63,106 nt of DNA, filler included, from Octopus bimaculoides (GCF_001194135.2; 5 parts of 4 records of this genome joined end to end with filler, not necessarily neighbours in it), one strand, 5' to 3'; positions 25,905 through 38,530 are shown, counted from the first letter of the whole stretch. Numbers and translations are program-made. Notes: generated from the sequence alone by a model not told the origin.

Positions 25905-26814
25905 TATGTAAAAAATGCCACAGAACCGCTATTATTAGAAGTAAGAAGGTCAGGCTTGTGTAGGATGAAAGATTGCAAAGATAAAGTATTGTACAAGCAA
26001 CTGAAAACAATTGAAACTGAAAATAGACAGGTAAAGAAAAAATGCATTGACAATTTCAAGGGATGTTGAAAACAAGACAGACAGAGAAAAAAGATGGCTG
26101 TAGATGACTAAAAGTGATTTAAAACTGGAAACGGAGGCTCTAATTTGTGCTGCCCAAGAGCAAGCACTAAGAACAAACTACATAAAATACAGAGTAGACA
26201 ACACATCAGAAAGTGATAAGTGCAGAATCTGTGGACAAAATGGTGAAACCATATGGCATATTGCCAGCCAATGTACACCATTAGCCCAGAAGGAATATAA
26301 GAGGTGCCACAACAATATAGCAAGGCTTGTCCGTTGGACACTTTGCAACAAGTATGGACTTGACAGAAGAAAAAATTGGTACGACCATAAACCCGAAGGC
26401 ATCATCAAAAATGATAATTTAATATCCTGTGGGATTTTATGACCATGAGATAGAGAATAGGAAGCCAGACAAAGTAAACTAAGAAAGAAAGTAAACTGCT
26501 GGATCATAGATATAGCATGCCCAGCTGACAACAAGGTATGTGATAAGGAATGTGTGACAGGTTTGTTTGGGAGGTAAAGTGATAGTGGTACCAATAATTG
26601 TCAGAGCCCTGGGAACAGTGAGTAAAAACCTCGAGAAGTACATGGAACAAATAGGGGATGCAATAAGGGTGGACCACTTGTAGAAAACAGCACTGCTTGG
26701 AACCACTCGAATACTCCGGAAGGTGCTCAAAAAATAAGAACTGTTACCTTAGTTCACTGGTAGTGAACAGCTGACACCGTAGTACATCTCCAGTGTTAGA
26801 AGCTGTGCAAAGGC

Positions 26815-26842
<28 letters not shown>
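25905..26842 (+). mobile_element. RLE-type (R4/Dong-like) non-LTR retrotransposon 3' fragment
   Basis: LKLETEALICAAQEQALRT...KCRICGQNGETIWHIASQC (CCHC), WIIDIACPAD (RLE), VPIIVRALGTV, KTALLGTTRILRKVL, (AAT)n tail. Confidence 0.85.
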
Positions 26843-26844
<2 letters not shown>

Positions 26845-26845
<1 letters not shown>

Positions 26846-27058
26846 GTTTCAAACTTTGGCACAAGGCCAGCATATTTGGGAGAGGGGTGAAATCAATTAA
26901 ATCAACCCCAGTGTTCAACTGGTACTTATTTTATTGATGTTGAAAGTGAGAAAAGGTAAAGTCAACTGTGGTGGAATTCAAATTCAGTATGCATAGATGG
27001 ATGAAATACTGCTAAGCATTTCACCTGGTATGCTAACAGTTCTGCCAGCTCACCACCC
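26845..27058 (-). mobile_element. SINE family B, strongly CpG-decayed
   Basis: AAAGTCAACTGTGGTGG..GATGGATGAAATACTGCTAAGCATTTCACCTGG versus intact AAAGTCGACCTCGGCGG..GACGAAATACCGCTAAGCATTTCGCCCGG. Confidence 0.85.
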
Positions 27059-27065
27059 TAATAAT

Positions 27066-27956
27066 AATCATCATCCTCATCATCATCGTCGTTTAACGTC
27101 TGCTTCCCATGCTGGCATGGGTTGGACGGTTTGCCTGAGGACTGGCAACCTGGAGGCTGCACCAAGCTCTAATCTGATCTGGTGAGGTTTCTACAGCTGG
27201 ATGCCCTTCCTAATGCCAACCAATCTGAGAGTGTAGTGGGTGCTTTTTACATGTCACTGGCATGGGAGCCAGTCAGGCAGTACTGGCATTGACCACACTC
27301 ATATGGGGCTCTTTAAGTGCCACCAGCACAGGTGCCAGCCAGGCGGTACTGGCATGACAAGAATTTCACTTGACTCAACAGGTCTTCTCAAGCACAGCAC
27401 ATTGCCTGACAATTGAAAGGCACTCTTAAACTGGCCAGTTACGTGACACTGGCATAAGCCACAGCTACAATCTCACTTGGGTTGCCGGGTCTTCTCAAGC
27501 ACAGCATATCTCCCAAAGGTCTCGGTCCCTTGTCATTGCCTCTGTGAGGCCCAACATTTGAAGGTCATGCTGCACCACTTCATCCCAGGTCTTCCTGGGT
27601 CGACCTCTTACACAGGTTTCCTACACTGTTAGGGTGTGACACTTCACACAGCTGTCCTCATCCATACATAACACATGACCATACCAGTGCAGTCGTTTCT
27701 CTTGCACACCACATCTGGTGCTTCTTATGTTCAACTTTTTTCTGAGGGTGCTTACACTCTGTTGTGTATACGCACTGACATTACACATCCAGCAGAGCTT
27801 ACTAGCTTCATTTCTTTCAAGCCTATGCATGTCCACAGCAGTCACAGCCCATGTTTCATTGCCGTGTAGCATAGTTGTTTGCGCACATGCATCATACAGT
27901 CTACCTTTCACTCTGAGTAAGAGGCTCTTTGTTACCAGCAGAGGTAGGAGCTAATC
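27066..27956 (-). mobile_element. RTE-clade LINE 3' fragment
   Basis: KGRLYDAC...MLHGNETW...RLERNEAS..RLHWYGHV...GRPRKTWDEVV, then the 3' UTR ending in (GAT)n. Confidence 0.85.
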
Positions 27957-28330
27957 CTTTCTGCTATAGGTACAAGGCCTGGAATTTTGGGGGAGGGGAC
28001 TAGTCGACTACATTGACCCCAATATATCATTGACCCCGAAATGATGAAAAGCAAAGTCGACCTTCGTGGAATTTGAAGTCATATCGTAGAGATGGATGAA
28101 GTGTCACTTAATATTTTGCCCTGCATGCTAACAATTCTACCAGCTCACTGCTTTAACAGGGAGGAGGAGGAGGAGGAGGAGGAGGAGGAGGAGCTTATTG
28201 TATACAATGCTTGGGTGCAATACAACTTGCTAGAAAAGGGTGAAAGCAGGGACAAAAAAAGCATGAGTATGTATGTGTGTGTGTGTGCCTGTGTTTGTAT
28301 GAATAAGATTATATTTTCCCTTATCTTTAG

Positions 28331-28591
28331 ATGCAATTGTTGATTGCAAACAATGACTTTACTGTTGATGCAGATGATGTTATTTGCTTGTGTGAAAGAT
28401 TTTTCAAGTTTTTTTTTATATGCCCTGACATGTTCTGCTGTCTTTGTAAACAAAAGGCTCATTCGTACAGTATTGTTTATTTCCAATTTTTCATGTCACT
28501 ATGTTCAAGTTGTCTGTTGTTTGATAGATTGGTATTATGTCACTTCAAAATAGATAAGAATTTGTATCAGAAAGTGCATTTGGTTAAATAA
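28331..28591 (+). CDS. Candidate terminal exon (MQLLIANNDFTVDADDVICLCERFF...)
   Basis: Strong acceptor TTTTCCCTTATCTTTAG|. Phase 0 matches the 25213 donor and is open for 86 codons; alternatively DAIVDCKQ* in phase 1. Confidence 0.3.
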   Translation: MQLLIANNDFTVDADDVICLCERFFKFFFICPDMFCCLCKQKAHSYSIVYFQFFMSLCSSCLLFDRLVLCHFKIDKNLYQKVHLVK

Positions 28592-28685
28592 GACTCTACT
28601 TCAACATACTCTCTTTTGATTCATTCAAGCTTGGCAAAATAGGCATCAAAAACAACAATGATGTTAGATATGTATCTTTTACCAT

Positions 28686-29232
28686 TATCTTTTTCTTGTT
28701 TCAGTTATCTGACTGTGGCTATGCTAGAGCACTGCCTTGAAGAAATTTTAGTCAAATAAATCAACCCCAGCACTTATTTTTTTAAGCCTAGTATTTATAC
28801 TGTCAGTCTCTTTTGCCAAACCACTATGTTAAGGGGATGTAAACACACCAACGCCAGTTGTCAAGAGTAGTGGAGGATAAATACAGACACAAAGACGCAC
28901 ACACACACATATTTCTGGCAGTTTGTCATTTACAACAATGAGGGTTCCAATTGATCTGATCAACAAAACAACCTGCTCATGAAATTAATGTACAAGTGGC
29001 TGAGCACTCCACAGACATGTTGTGCCCTTAACATAATCTACAAAAAAATTCAGCATGACACAGAATTTGACAAGGTTGGCCCTTTAAAATACAGGTACAT
29101 ACATTTTTGCCAGCTGAGTGAACTGGAGCAATGTGAAAATAAAGTGTCTTGCTCAAGGATACATGCCACCAGTAATCAACTCATGACTTTACAACTGTGA
29201 GCTGAATACCCTAACCACTAAGTCACATGCCT
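28686..29232 (-). mobile_element. SINE family A 3' half (28686-28900) plus family C/D hybrid SINE (28919-29232), both CpG-decayed
   Basis: CTGATCAACAAAACAACCTGCTCATGAAATTAATGTAC versus intact CCGATCAACGGAACAGCCTGCTCGTGAAATTAACGTGC. Confidence 0.8.
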
Positions 29233-29235
29233 TAG

Positions 29236-29268
<33 letters not shown>

Positions 29269-29269
<1 letters not shown>

Positions 29270-30170
29270 TAGCAGAGATACCCGGCGTTGCCCGTGTTAC
29301 ATGCAATTGAAAAATGAGACTTTTCTGTTATATTTTCTGTAAGGAACTGGAATACATATGATTCGAATTTTATCAAAATTGCACATGAGGGTTCTTTCCC
29401 TCTTTACACACCCTAAAAAAATTCTAATCATGAGACATGTATCCCATACTATTGATGTTTATGCGCATATTCCAAAATTTCAGTCTTCTGGAACCTGTAA
29501 AAAAGATTTTGCTCCTGCAAAATGGAGCTCATGGAGCTCTANNNNNNNNNNNNNNNNNNNNNNNNNNNNNNNNNNNNNNNNNNNNNNNNNNNATGTGGGA
29601 ATGAAGGCTCCTATTGGGGGTGGGGGTGTTAATGTCAACCAGAGAAGTTGAATTGTTGGGAATGTTTTTACTTGGGTCTTATAGTATGCCTGTATATATG
29701 TGAGAGTATAGTCTCACTTTAATAGTTTCAATATGAAATTGAAAATATTAAAGTGAAAATATTTGAAATTGCAGTAGTGACATGTTATTGTTTCACTTTT
29801 GACAGGTAATACTGAAATAGTGGAATAGTTTCAGTGTTAAAGTGAAAGTATCTGACATTACAGTAGAGTGATGTTATTGTTTCATTTTTGACACATAATA
29901 CTGAAATAGTGGAGGAGATAAGATATTGCTGTGGGCTTGAACTATGCAGGAAGTTAAAAAAATTTTTGGCCTAAGACACTATACATGGACCTTAAAAGAA
30001 TTTTGCTCCTGAAAAATGGAGCTCACGGAGCTGAAAATTGTGGGAGTTAAGGCCCCTATTGGTGATGGGTGTATTAATGTCAACCAGAGAAGTTTAATTG
30101 TTGGGAATCTTTTTAACTTGCGTGTAATATGTATTCTTTGAATTTCTTTAAAATAGGAAATATATGTATG
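29269..30170 (-). mobile_element. Non-autonomous Helitron with internal duplications
   Basis: Minus 3' end: hairpin CGGGCAACGCCGGG + CTAG|T at 29269. Internal repeats at 29495-29675 and 29985-30125. 5' end not defined. Confidence 0.7.
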
Positions 30171-30523
30171 TTCACTGGGTTTGTAAAAGAGAGCAAAGCT
30201 ACAGGAAAGCAAAAGACGAATGATCATGATAATCAGTCAGCTACCGTAGCCTAGTCGTTACTACTCCCCAATGTAGGATTCCTCACCATACAGGTGACAG
30301 GTACAGCTTTAAGATGCATTATGGATCTATAGCAATTGGAAGGGCATGACTCAATAGAAACAACAATGTGTGACGTTTGGAGTAAAGGGAAATGAAAGTG
30401 TCGCCTCTGGAGTTTGCAAATGACCACTATACCGATAGGTAACTGGGCAGAAAATATTTACAATCAATAAATGTCTTAGAATAACCAGTCACTCATCTGG
30501 GAAGGCCTTGAAATCAATGTTAC

Positions 30524-30623
30524 NNNNNNNNNNNNNNNNNNNNNNNNNNNNNNNNNNNNNNNNNNNNTTAATTAATTAANNNNNNNNNNNNNNNNNNNNN
30601 NNNNNNNNNNNNNNNNNNNNNNN
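30524..30623. other. Artificial assembly linker
   Basis: 44N-TTAATTAATTAA-44N. Confidence 0.95.
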
Positions 30624-30718
30624 TCTCTCTCTCTCTCCCTGTAGGAACACGCTTTGTTATTGTATTATTTGCCCGTGTGATCAACAAAAAGAACACATCA
30701 TCATCATCATCATCATCA

Positions 30719-30752
<34 letters not shown>

Positions 30753-31389
30753 ATAGAAAGAATTGAGGTAACACCTCCTGAAGATATAGAGTCAAAATTA
30801 AAAGACGAGTGCCATTTGTTATCTTCTAGTGAACGATATTTCAACCACAGTAGCAGCTACACATGCCTTAAAAGAGAAAAAAATATATTAGATAATGGAG
30901 TGTTCTGTGATAAACAAAAAGATGAGGTGGCCAGAGCAGCAGTTCCTTTGATCATTGGCCTGCTACATACATTAATGCTGACCTGAAGCATAATAACAAC
31001 AATAAGAGTAGTAGTACTAAATCAGTAACACCAATTGCAACTATAACAGCAACAATACTAAAGATAGTGATACAGTATCTGATATCGAGTTTATTCATGA
31101 ACTTTATGGCAGCTGTTGCAACGATGTTGTCTGATTGAGTAAACGTAGCAGCAACAACGACAGCAGCGATATCCACAGAAAAAAAGAAATGCAAAAAAAT
31201 CGAATGCTCCTGGAAAATACTTCGTTTTATTGGACTCTGGTCATGTTGAGAAACAGCCTTGAAGGATTTAGTTGAACAATTAGACCCTAGTACTTGTGAT
31301 TTGATCTGATACTTATTCTATTGGTTTATTTTGCCGAACCGCTACGTTACAGAGACGAACAATTGCAGAGGACAAACACACAGCGCGCG

Positions 31390-31434
<45 letters not shown>

Positions 31435-31494
31435 ACACACATACACACACATAAGCGCGCGTGTGTGTGTATGTATGTATGTATGTATGTATGC

Positions 31495-31725
31495 ATTATT
31501 TCTTTACTACCCACAAGGGGCTACACACAGAGGGGACAAACAAGGACAGACAAACGGATTAAGTCGATTACATCGACCCCAGTGCGTAACTGGTACTTAT
31601 TTAATCGACCTCGAAAGGATGAAAGGCAAAGTCGACCTCGGCGGAATTTGAACTCAGAACTTTGCGGCAGACGAAATACCGCTAAGCATTTCGCCCGGCG
31701 TGCTAACGTTTCTGCCAGCTCACCG
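31495..31725 (-). mobile_element. SINE family B, near-intact (tail type 1)
   Basis: CpG-rich, near-consensus copy. Confidence 0.9.
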
Positions 31726-32325
31726 TATGTATGTATGTATGTATGTATGTATGTATGTATGTATGTATGTATGTGCATGTATGTATGTATGTATGTATGT
31801 ATGTACATCCCGCTTGTATCGATATCTCGGATATCAAGGTAATCAGCAAAAAATATATTGAAATATGATGTGGAAGCGACAGAATTAAGAGTTAACGAAC
31901 CTACGTCGATGGGCTTGCAGTTCAATTTAAACAAATGTTTGTTGCTGGAGCAAGTATCAGGTTACAGCAATCATTCTCTGCTTTGGCCCAAACCGCCACG
32001 AGGAATAGGAATTGGCCAAGGTGGACTAGCAGATAGCCTGTGTCATTCATTCAGAAATTAATTGAGATGAAACTGTCTCTGAAAATTCGCGTGGAATGGA
32101 GAGTATTTATACTGTTTTGCCTTCACTGAACAGAATACGACCAGAAAGTCCATCTGCTGCAATTATTCACTCTCGGATAGAAAGCCTCTCTAGATGTCAT
32201 GAGTAATACTGTTTAATGAATGACGAAGATTGCGACACCTGCATAGATTCCTGATTGTTTAATCCCAAATTAGTCTTATCTAGCAGATATATAGCTAAAG
32301 GGAACCACCTATGACCAAGATATCT

Positions 32326-32557
32326 TATTTCTTTATTGCCCACAAGGGGCTAAACATAGAGGGGACAAACAAGGACAGACAAAGGGATTAAGTCGATCAC
32401 ATCGACCCCAGTGTGTAACTGGTATTTAATTTATCGACCCCGAAAGATGAAAGGCAAAGTCGATCTCGGCGGAATTTGAGCTCAGAATGTAACGGCAGAC
32501 GAACTACCGATAAGCATTTCGCCCGGCGCGCTAACGTTTCTGCCAGCTCGCCGCCTT
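32326..32557 (-). mobile_element. SINE family B with 14-bp TSD
   Basis: TGACCAAGATATCT (32312-32325) and TGACCAAGACATCT (32558-32571). Confidence 0.9.
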
Positions 32558-32854
32558 TGACCAAGACATCTATCTTGAAAGCATAGTGTTCCTAGAGCTA
32601 CGTTGCCCAAAACGTACTTCTTTTGTGTGAACAAAGATGATCTTTATCATCCATGCTTTCACAGCTTGGTTTTTGAGATGCCCTAAATGAATGGCTCGGT
32701 GTTTCGGATATTGACAGATAGTGGTGATGATGATTCTGATTGATTGCAGAATCAACAGAACGTTAGACAAAATGCTTTGATTTATTTAGTTTATGTATCC
32801 TTTAATTTCTTATTTCAATTCTTTTTTTCAGTTTTAGGGTCGATTTAGGTAAAT

Positions 32855-33233
32855 TGTTGTTGGCACTTCGTCGCTTACGACGTCGAGGATTCCAGTTGAT
32901 CCGATCAACGGAACAGCCTGCTCGTGAAATTAACGTGCAAGTGGCTGAGCACTCCACAGACACGTGTACCCTTAACGTAGTTCTCGGGGATATTCAGCGT
33001 GACACAGTGTGACAAGGCTGACTCTTTGAATTACAGGCACAACAGAAACAGGAAGTAAGAGAAAGTTGTGGGGAAAGAGTACAGCAGGGTTCGCCACCAT
33101 CTCCTGCCGGAGCCTCGTGGAGCTTTAGGTGCTTTCGCTCAATAAACACTCACAACGCCCGGCCTGGGAATCGAAACCGCGATCCTATGACTGCAAGTCC
33201 GCTGCTCTAACCACTGGGCCATTGCGCCTCCAC
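32855..33233 (-). mobile_element. SINE family C, full length
   Basis: Head GTGGAGGCGCAATGGCCCAGTGGTTAGAGCAGCGGAC on minus; tail GTGCCAACAACA. Confidence 0.9.
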
Positions 33234-34347
33234 ATAAGTAAANNNNNNNNNNNNNNNNNNNNNNNNNNNNNNNNNNNNNNNNNNNNNNNNNNNNNNNNNN
33301 NNNNNNNNNNNNNNNNNNNNNNNNNNNNNNNNNNNNNNNNNNNNNNNNNNNNNNNNNNNNNNNNNNNNNNNNNNNNNNNNNNNNNNNNNNNNNNNNNNNN
33401 NNNNNNNNNNNNNNNNNNNNNNNNNNNNNNNNNTTTTTTTTTTTTTTTTTTCTTGTCGATAAAATAAGAATTAAGTATAAAATACCTGTTTAGGGCCTAA
33501 GCCGAAGACCAAATATTTCAAACATTTTACGTATTATGGGTTATATATTATATTATAGTGGGGGGGGGTCTGTGTGTGTGTGTGAGTGTCATTTGAATTC
33601 ATGTTATGGGCAAATAAATTTAGTAGACTGTCTTACGAAAGGTTAGACTACCCAACACACCAGAAAGTGGGACGTACAACCATGAGATATGTTTAACAGG
33701 AACTGTACAGCGAGAATTTTATTGTTCTAGAGACGCTAAACAATTATATCTGATCAGGTAGAAGGGCAAAGGCAAAATAAATTATTTAACTTCAAGAAAG
33801 TCAGTATAGACCAAAAAGGAAATAAAATAAGACGAAATCTAGCGAAATTCAGAGTGAAGGCTTCCAGAGTTATTTCCCTTCGTATAGCTTAAAACGTTTT
33901 CTAAGTCAATGAGAGTTGAGGAAAAGACGAGGTCTGTGGGTGTATTCGATATACACTTACGTATATGAGAGGGAGAGAAGAAAAGAGAGATAGAGGCAGA
34001 GCAAGAGACAGAAAAAGAGAGAGAGAATGAGATAGAAGGATAGGAAAAGTTAGAGATAAAAGGAATATCTGTGTATCTGTGTGTGTAGAAAGGAAGTTTC
34101 ATATGAATGTGTGTGTGTGTGTGTGTNNNNNNNNNNNNNNNNNNNNNNNNNNNNNNNNNNNNNNNNNNNNNNNNNNNNNNNNNNNNNNNNNNNNNNNNNN
34201 NNNNNNNNNNNNNNNNNNNNNNNNNNNNNNNNNNNNNNNNNNNNNNNNNNNNNNNNNNNNNNNNNNNNNNNNNNNNNNNNNNNNNNNNNNNNNNNNNNNN
34301 NNNNNNNNNNNNNNNNNNNNNNNNNNNNNNNNNNNNNNGTGTGTGTT

Positions 34348-34915
34348 AGGCAGCGAGCTAGTAGAATCGTTAGCACGCCGGGCAAAATGCCTGACGGCAT
34401 TTCGTCCATCTTTAGGCTCCGAGTTCAAATTCCATCGAGGTCGACTTTCTCTTTCATTCTTTCGGGGTCGATAAAATAAGTACCAATTGAGCACTGGCTT
34501 CAATGTAATCGACTGTCCTCCTCCCCAACAACTGCTGGCCTTGTGCCAAAATCTGATAACAATGTATATATATAGTTATATATGTATATATATCTTTTAT
34601 CTTTTACTTGTTTTGGTCATTAGACTACGGTCATGGTGGGGCTGGAAAGAGATTTTTGTCGAATGAATCGACTTTAGTACATTTTTACGCTTAGTACTTA
34701 TTTTATCGGTCAATTTTGTCAAACTACTAAGTTGTGGGGACGTAAACATACCAACACCGGTTGTCAAACGGAGATGGTGGGATAAACACAAGCACATGGG
34801 CGCGAACGCACACACACACACACACACACACACAGCTTTCGTTCAGTTTCTGTTTTCCAAATCCACTCACAAGGATTTGGTCGGCCGAGGTCATAGTAGA
34901 AGACACTTGCCCAAT
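34348..34915. mobile_element. SINE B (+, 34348-34555) and SINE A (-, 34595-34915)
   Basis: Matches to the local consensus sequences. Confidence 0.8.
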
Positions 34916-35689
34916 ATCGTTGCCTTTATGCAAAAATGTCGTAAGTTCAAAACGTTGCTTTTTCAGAAAACGAAAAAATAGTTTCACCATTCCATAGCAA
35001 AACCGTTGTACTACACTTTGACAATTTTTGATATCTTGGCATCTGAAGCAGTTGGAGATACGATAGTTTGACAAAAAAAAACCGGCTATTGCAAGCGAAA
35101 ATAAATATTGACAAAACGCATATGGCCAAATTTGGACATACGACACTTTAACATAATAGCAACGACATGCGTGCTGGAGGATATCCGTGTGTATATGTGT
35201 GTATGTTTTCCTATACATATATACAAAACCATAGACAAATGTTTGTTTACGTGAGTAGGCATATATATATGAGTGTGTGCGTGCGTTTGTGCGTACGTGT
35301 GTGCATTACGTCATACAGTAGCAGCATATCTTAGACTCTTAAACGCTGAAACACTTATAATCACTTCCTAAGTATTTGCAACCTGCTGCTCAGTCATTCA
35401 ACATTAAGTAGCCTCGCTGTAAACACAAAGACAAAAATAAAAACTTAGTGGGTTACGTGTTGAGAGTGAAGAAAGCAGATATAGCTGAATGTGTGCTGAA
35501 TGGACGTTACATATGGTTCATTTCGCAGCAAAATTCACTAAGCGAGCCTCAAGAAATACGATTTCATTTCTCAGCTGTAACAACAAAGCCACTACTGCAA
35601 TAAGAACAACAACAAAAACTGTATTGCTAGCACCAAAAGTTAAGTGCAGCGAGCTTCAAAATCATAATGATAATACTTTCCACTTTCAG

Positions 35690-35883
35690 TACAAAATCTG
35701 AAAGTTTGTGTGAGGTTAAAAGCCAATTACATCAACCCTGGTGTTCAACTGGAGCTTATTTCTATTTAACCGAAAAAGATAAAAAGCAAAGCTAACCTCG
35801 GTAGAATTTGAACTCGGAGAGTAAAGTGCTGCATAGAGCGCCGCTCATCACGTTCTGTAACGATTCTGCCAACACGCCGCCTT
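35690..35883 (-). mobile_element. Decayed SINE family B
   Basis: GCAAAGCTAACCTCGGTAGAATTTGAACTCGG...GATTCTGCCAACACGCCGCC. Confidence 0.7.
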
Positions 35884-36045
35884 AGTGTAATCCCACTAAA
35901 AATATCAACACCTAAAGCAGTATAAAGAATATCTATAACGTTTCACAATGCAATTTTCATTGGTGAAATAACTTCTTTGTTCTTGTGTTGGTGGGTTTTT
36001 TGTTTGTTTGCTTGTTTGTTTTTGTCTTTTGTTGTTGTTGTTGTT

Positions 36046-36076
<31 letters not shown>

Positions 36077-36303
36077 TATTTTTGTTGTCTTTTTAATTGC
36101 TGAGTGTGTGGAAAAGGCTGCGCATATAGCTCTGAATGACCCTCAGAGACTGATGAGATCTGAGACGAGGCTAATCATCTTGAATAACTATATACTGAGA
36201 GCTACAAGAAAAACATAAGCTGAGAGGAAATTTTAGAGGAGTAGACATACTTTCGAGGACGGACTGGAGAAAACCGGATTAGTGAAGGATTTCATTAGTG
36301 CAG

Positions 36304-36376
<73 letters not shown>

Positions 36377-36799
36377 GAAATATATTTTGAACGTATCACC
36401 AGTCGTCGGATTCACCTTACGATAAGGTCGGAAATAGGTATATTTTGATGACAACTAAAGATACAAAACCATTTTTACGCTGGTCTCTACAGTAAAACAG
36501 AATGAACACCTATATAGCTGGAAGTATATTGAGTAGTTAGAACAGTAAACAATTCACATACGTTCACGTATGCAGTAAGATTGTTTTTAAAACATTGCTA
36601 ATTAAGTTTGGCGAGTACTAACATTTAAATCTGTTTATATATATATACACTACAGTCGGATTATCGTATAAATGACATCTGAGAGGAATTTAAAGTTGTT
36701 TAAGGCTGGTGAAGAAAGCAGAAAGTTAGTGTTTCAGGAAAGGTTAGTTAAAAGCTCTCTCAAACACTGAACACAAAAATAGATACTATCACAAATAAC

Positions 36800-37452
36800 G
36801 GATCTATTTTAAAACGGGGGCACCAGTTTTCATTTATGTTTTATGTAGTGTTTTTGGTAGCGAAAGACTTTCAAACTTCGTATACTTATCTATTTTGTGT
36901 TATAGAACAGAAAAAAATTTTTGTATTCGAATTTATTTCATGTAAAAAATTGTCTTATTTCGATAATTTCTACTAATCACTGACGTCTATTCAGTTGAAA
37001 ACAGTTAGCGCTGTAACGGTGTATATCGTATTAATCCCCTAACCCTAACCCTAACTAGACTGTTAACCGTAACCGTAACCCTAACCCTAACTCTAGAATC
37101 CGAACTCTAAAATTGTTACACACATAGATACGCACAGCGTAATTTATTATATAAACAATATATGCGTATAAATTACGATTAAACCGGATGAAATATGTCA
37201 CAGGGAATAACATTTTTATGACCGCCCAGCAGTAACTCTATTCAGCTGAATAGACGTCAGTGATTGGTTGAAATTACAGAAATACGACAACTTTAACATG
37301 GAATAACTTGCGATGTACATTTTTTTTTTTGTTAAGAAGACTAAGAGTAAAAGATGTTTTATATGACACATTCTACCAGTGTCCCAAGTTTCAAAGTGTT
37401 TCGTTAGTGTTTCGTTAAGAAAATACTGGTGCCCCCGTTTTGAAATAGTTCC
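36800..37452. mobile_element. MITE with 28-bp TIRs and 8-bp TSD (Merlin-like), containing (CCCTAA)n
   Basis: TIR GGA(T/A)CTATTT(T/C)AAAACGGGGGCACCAGT; TSD CAAATAAC at 36792-36799 and 37453-37460. A GG start with an 8-bp TSD fits Merlin, but hAT or P are not excluded. Confidence 0.8.
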
Positions 37453-38026
37453 CAAATAACAGCACCAGCAGCAGCAACAGCAACAATACTAAAAAAATGC
37501 AGTCATTACTTTACCACTGTAGCATTTCGCTTCGAAACGGAGTGAGGTAGCTGCAGTCAGATGGGTGAGAAAGAAATCAATCCTTTCAAAGAAATTCATC
37601 TCTGAAATAATATTCTCTAGTGAATTGTTTTCCTTCTTTCCACTCAAACTATGGAACTTCTAAGGATTGGTTGTGTAAACGTACTCAGTGTGGCTTCAGT
37701 TTGGTATCAGCGACACCTGTTTAAAATAAGTGGTAAACAAATCACTCCATATTTGTATGGAAAGCATTAATGCGATACGAGTAAAAACAGTGTGATCTAA
37801 AACTACCTGGCGAGGGAAGGTTTACGGTATCAAGAATCGGATTAAAATTAAAAGCTGAAGTGGTGGTGTGTACTTGTCTTTGTTTAATCCTCAAGTTTGC
37901 CTTAATTATGGTCCAGCAGTGACCATCTCGTTTTTTTTCTTTTATTCCTGTGGCTACATTGTCTAAGTCATTTCTTAGACATGTATACATATATATATGT
38001 GTGTATACGTGTATATATATGTATGC

Positions 38027-38098
<72 letters not shown>

Positions 38099-38289
38099 AT
38101 ATGTATGTATGTATGTATGTATGTAAAAACAAGAAACGCGCACACGCGGCGCGCACGCACACGCACACGCACACACACACACGCACAATCTGGCAGTGTC
38201 AGCAATATGAGCTTCTGGGATATAAATGAGCGAATATCATAGACAAACACGACACGTATAGCACCCACTCCTCCTCCAAAAACTCATAT

Positions 38290-38530
38290 CCAGTGACAAA
38301 CCAAAGCAAGATGACTGAGTGATTATGGAGGTCGCATGTTTTATTATCCTGGAGTTTAACCTCTCCAGTGGTTTTACATCAGAGTGTCCTTCTCCCAGTC
38401 TTTGCTCAACCAAAGGTTAACTGCAAGACAGCAGTGAAGGATTTGAATTCGGAGTTACCTTCTCCTAGACAGATTGCCTTCCCCATGACTTTGTTAAACC
38501 TAGGAGCTCCATCTACCTCTTTAAAGGGGT
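38290..38530 (-). mobile_element. Probable RTE-type 3' tail fragment
   Basis: CAGCAGTGAAGGATTTGAATTCGGAGTTACCTTCTCCTAGAC resembles RTE/BovB-like 3' ends, from memory. Confidence 0.4.

Noticed and set aside
36140-36170. CTGATGA within a small hairpin as hammerhead or snoRNA C box
   Set aside because: No stem II-GAAA downstream and the D box is too close.
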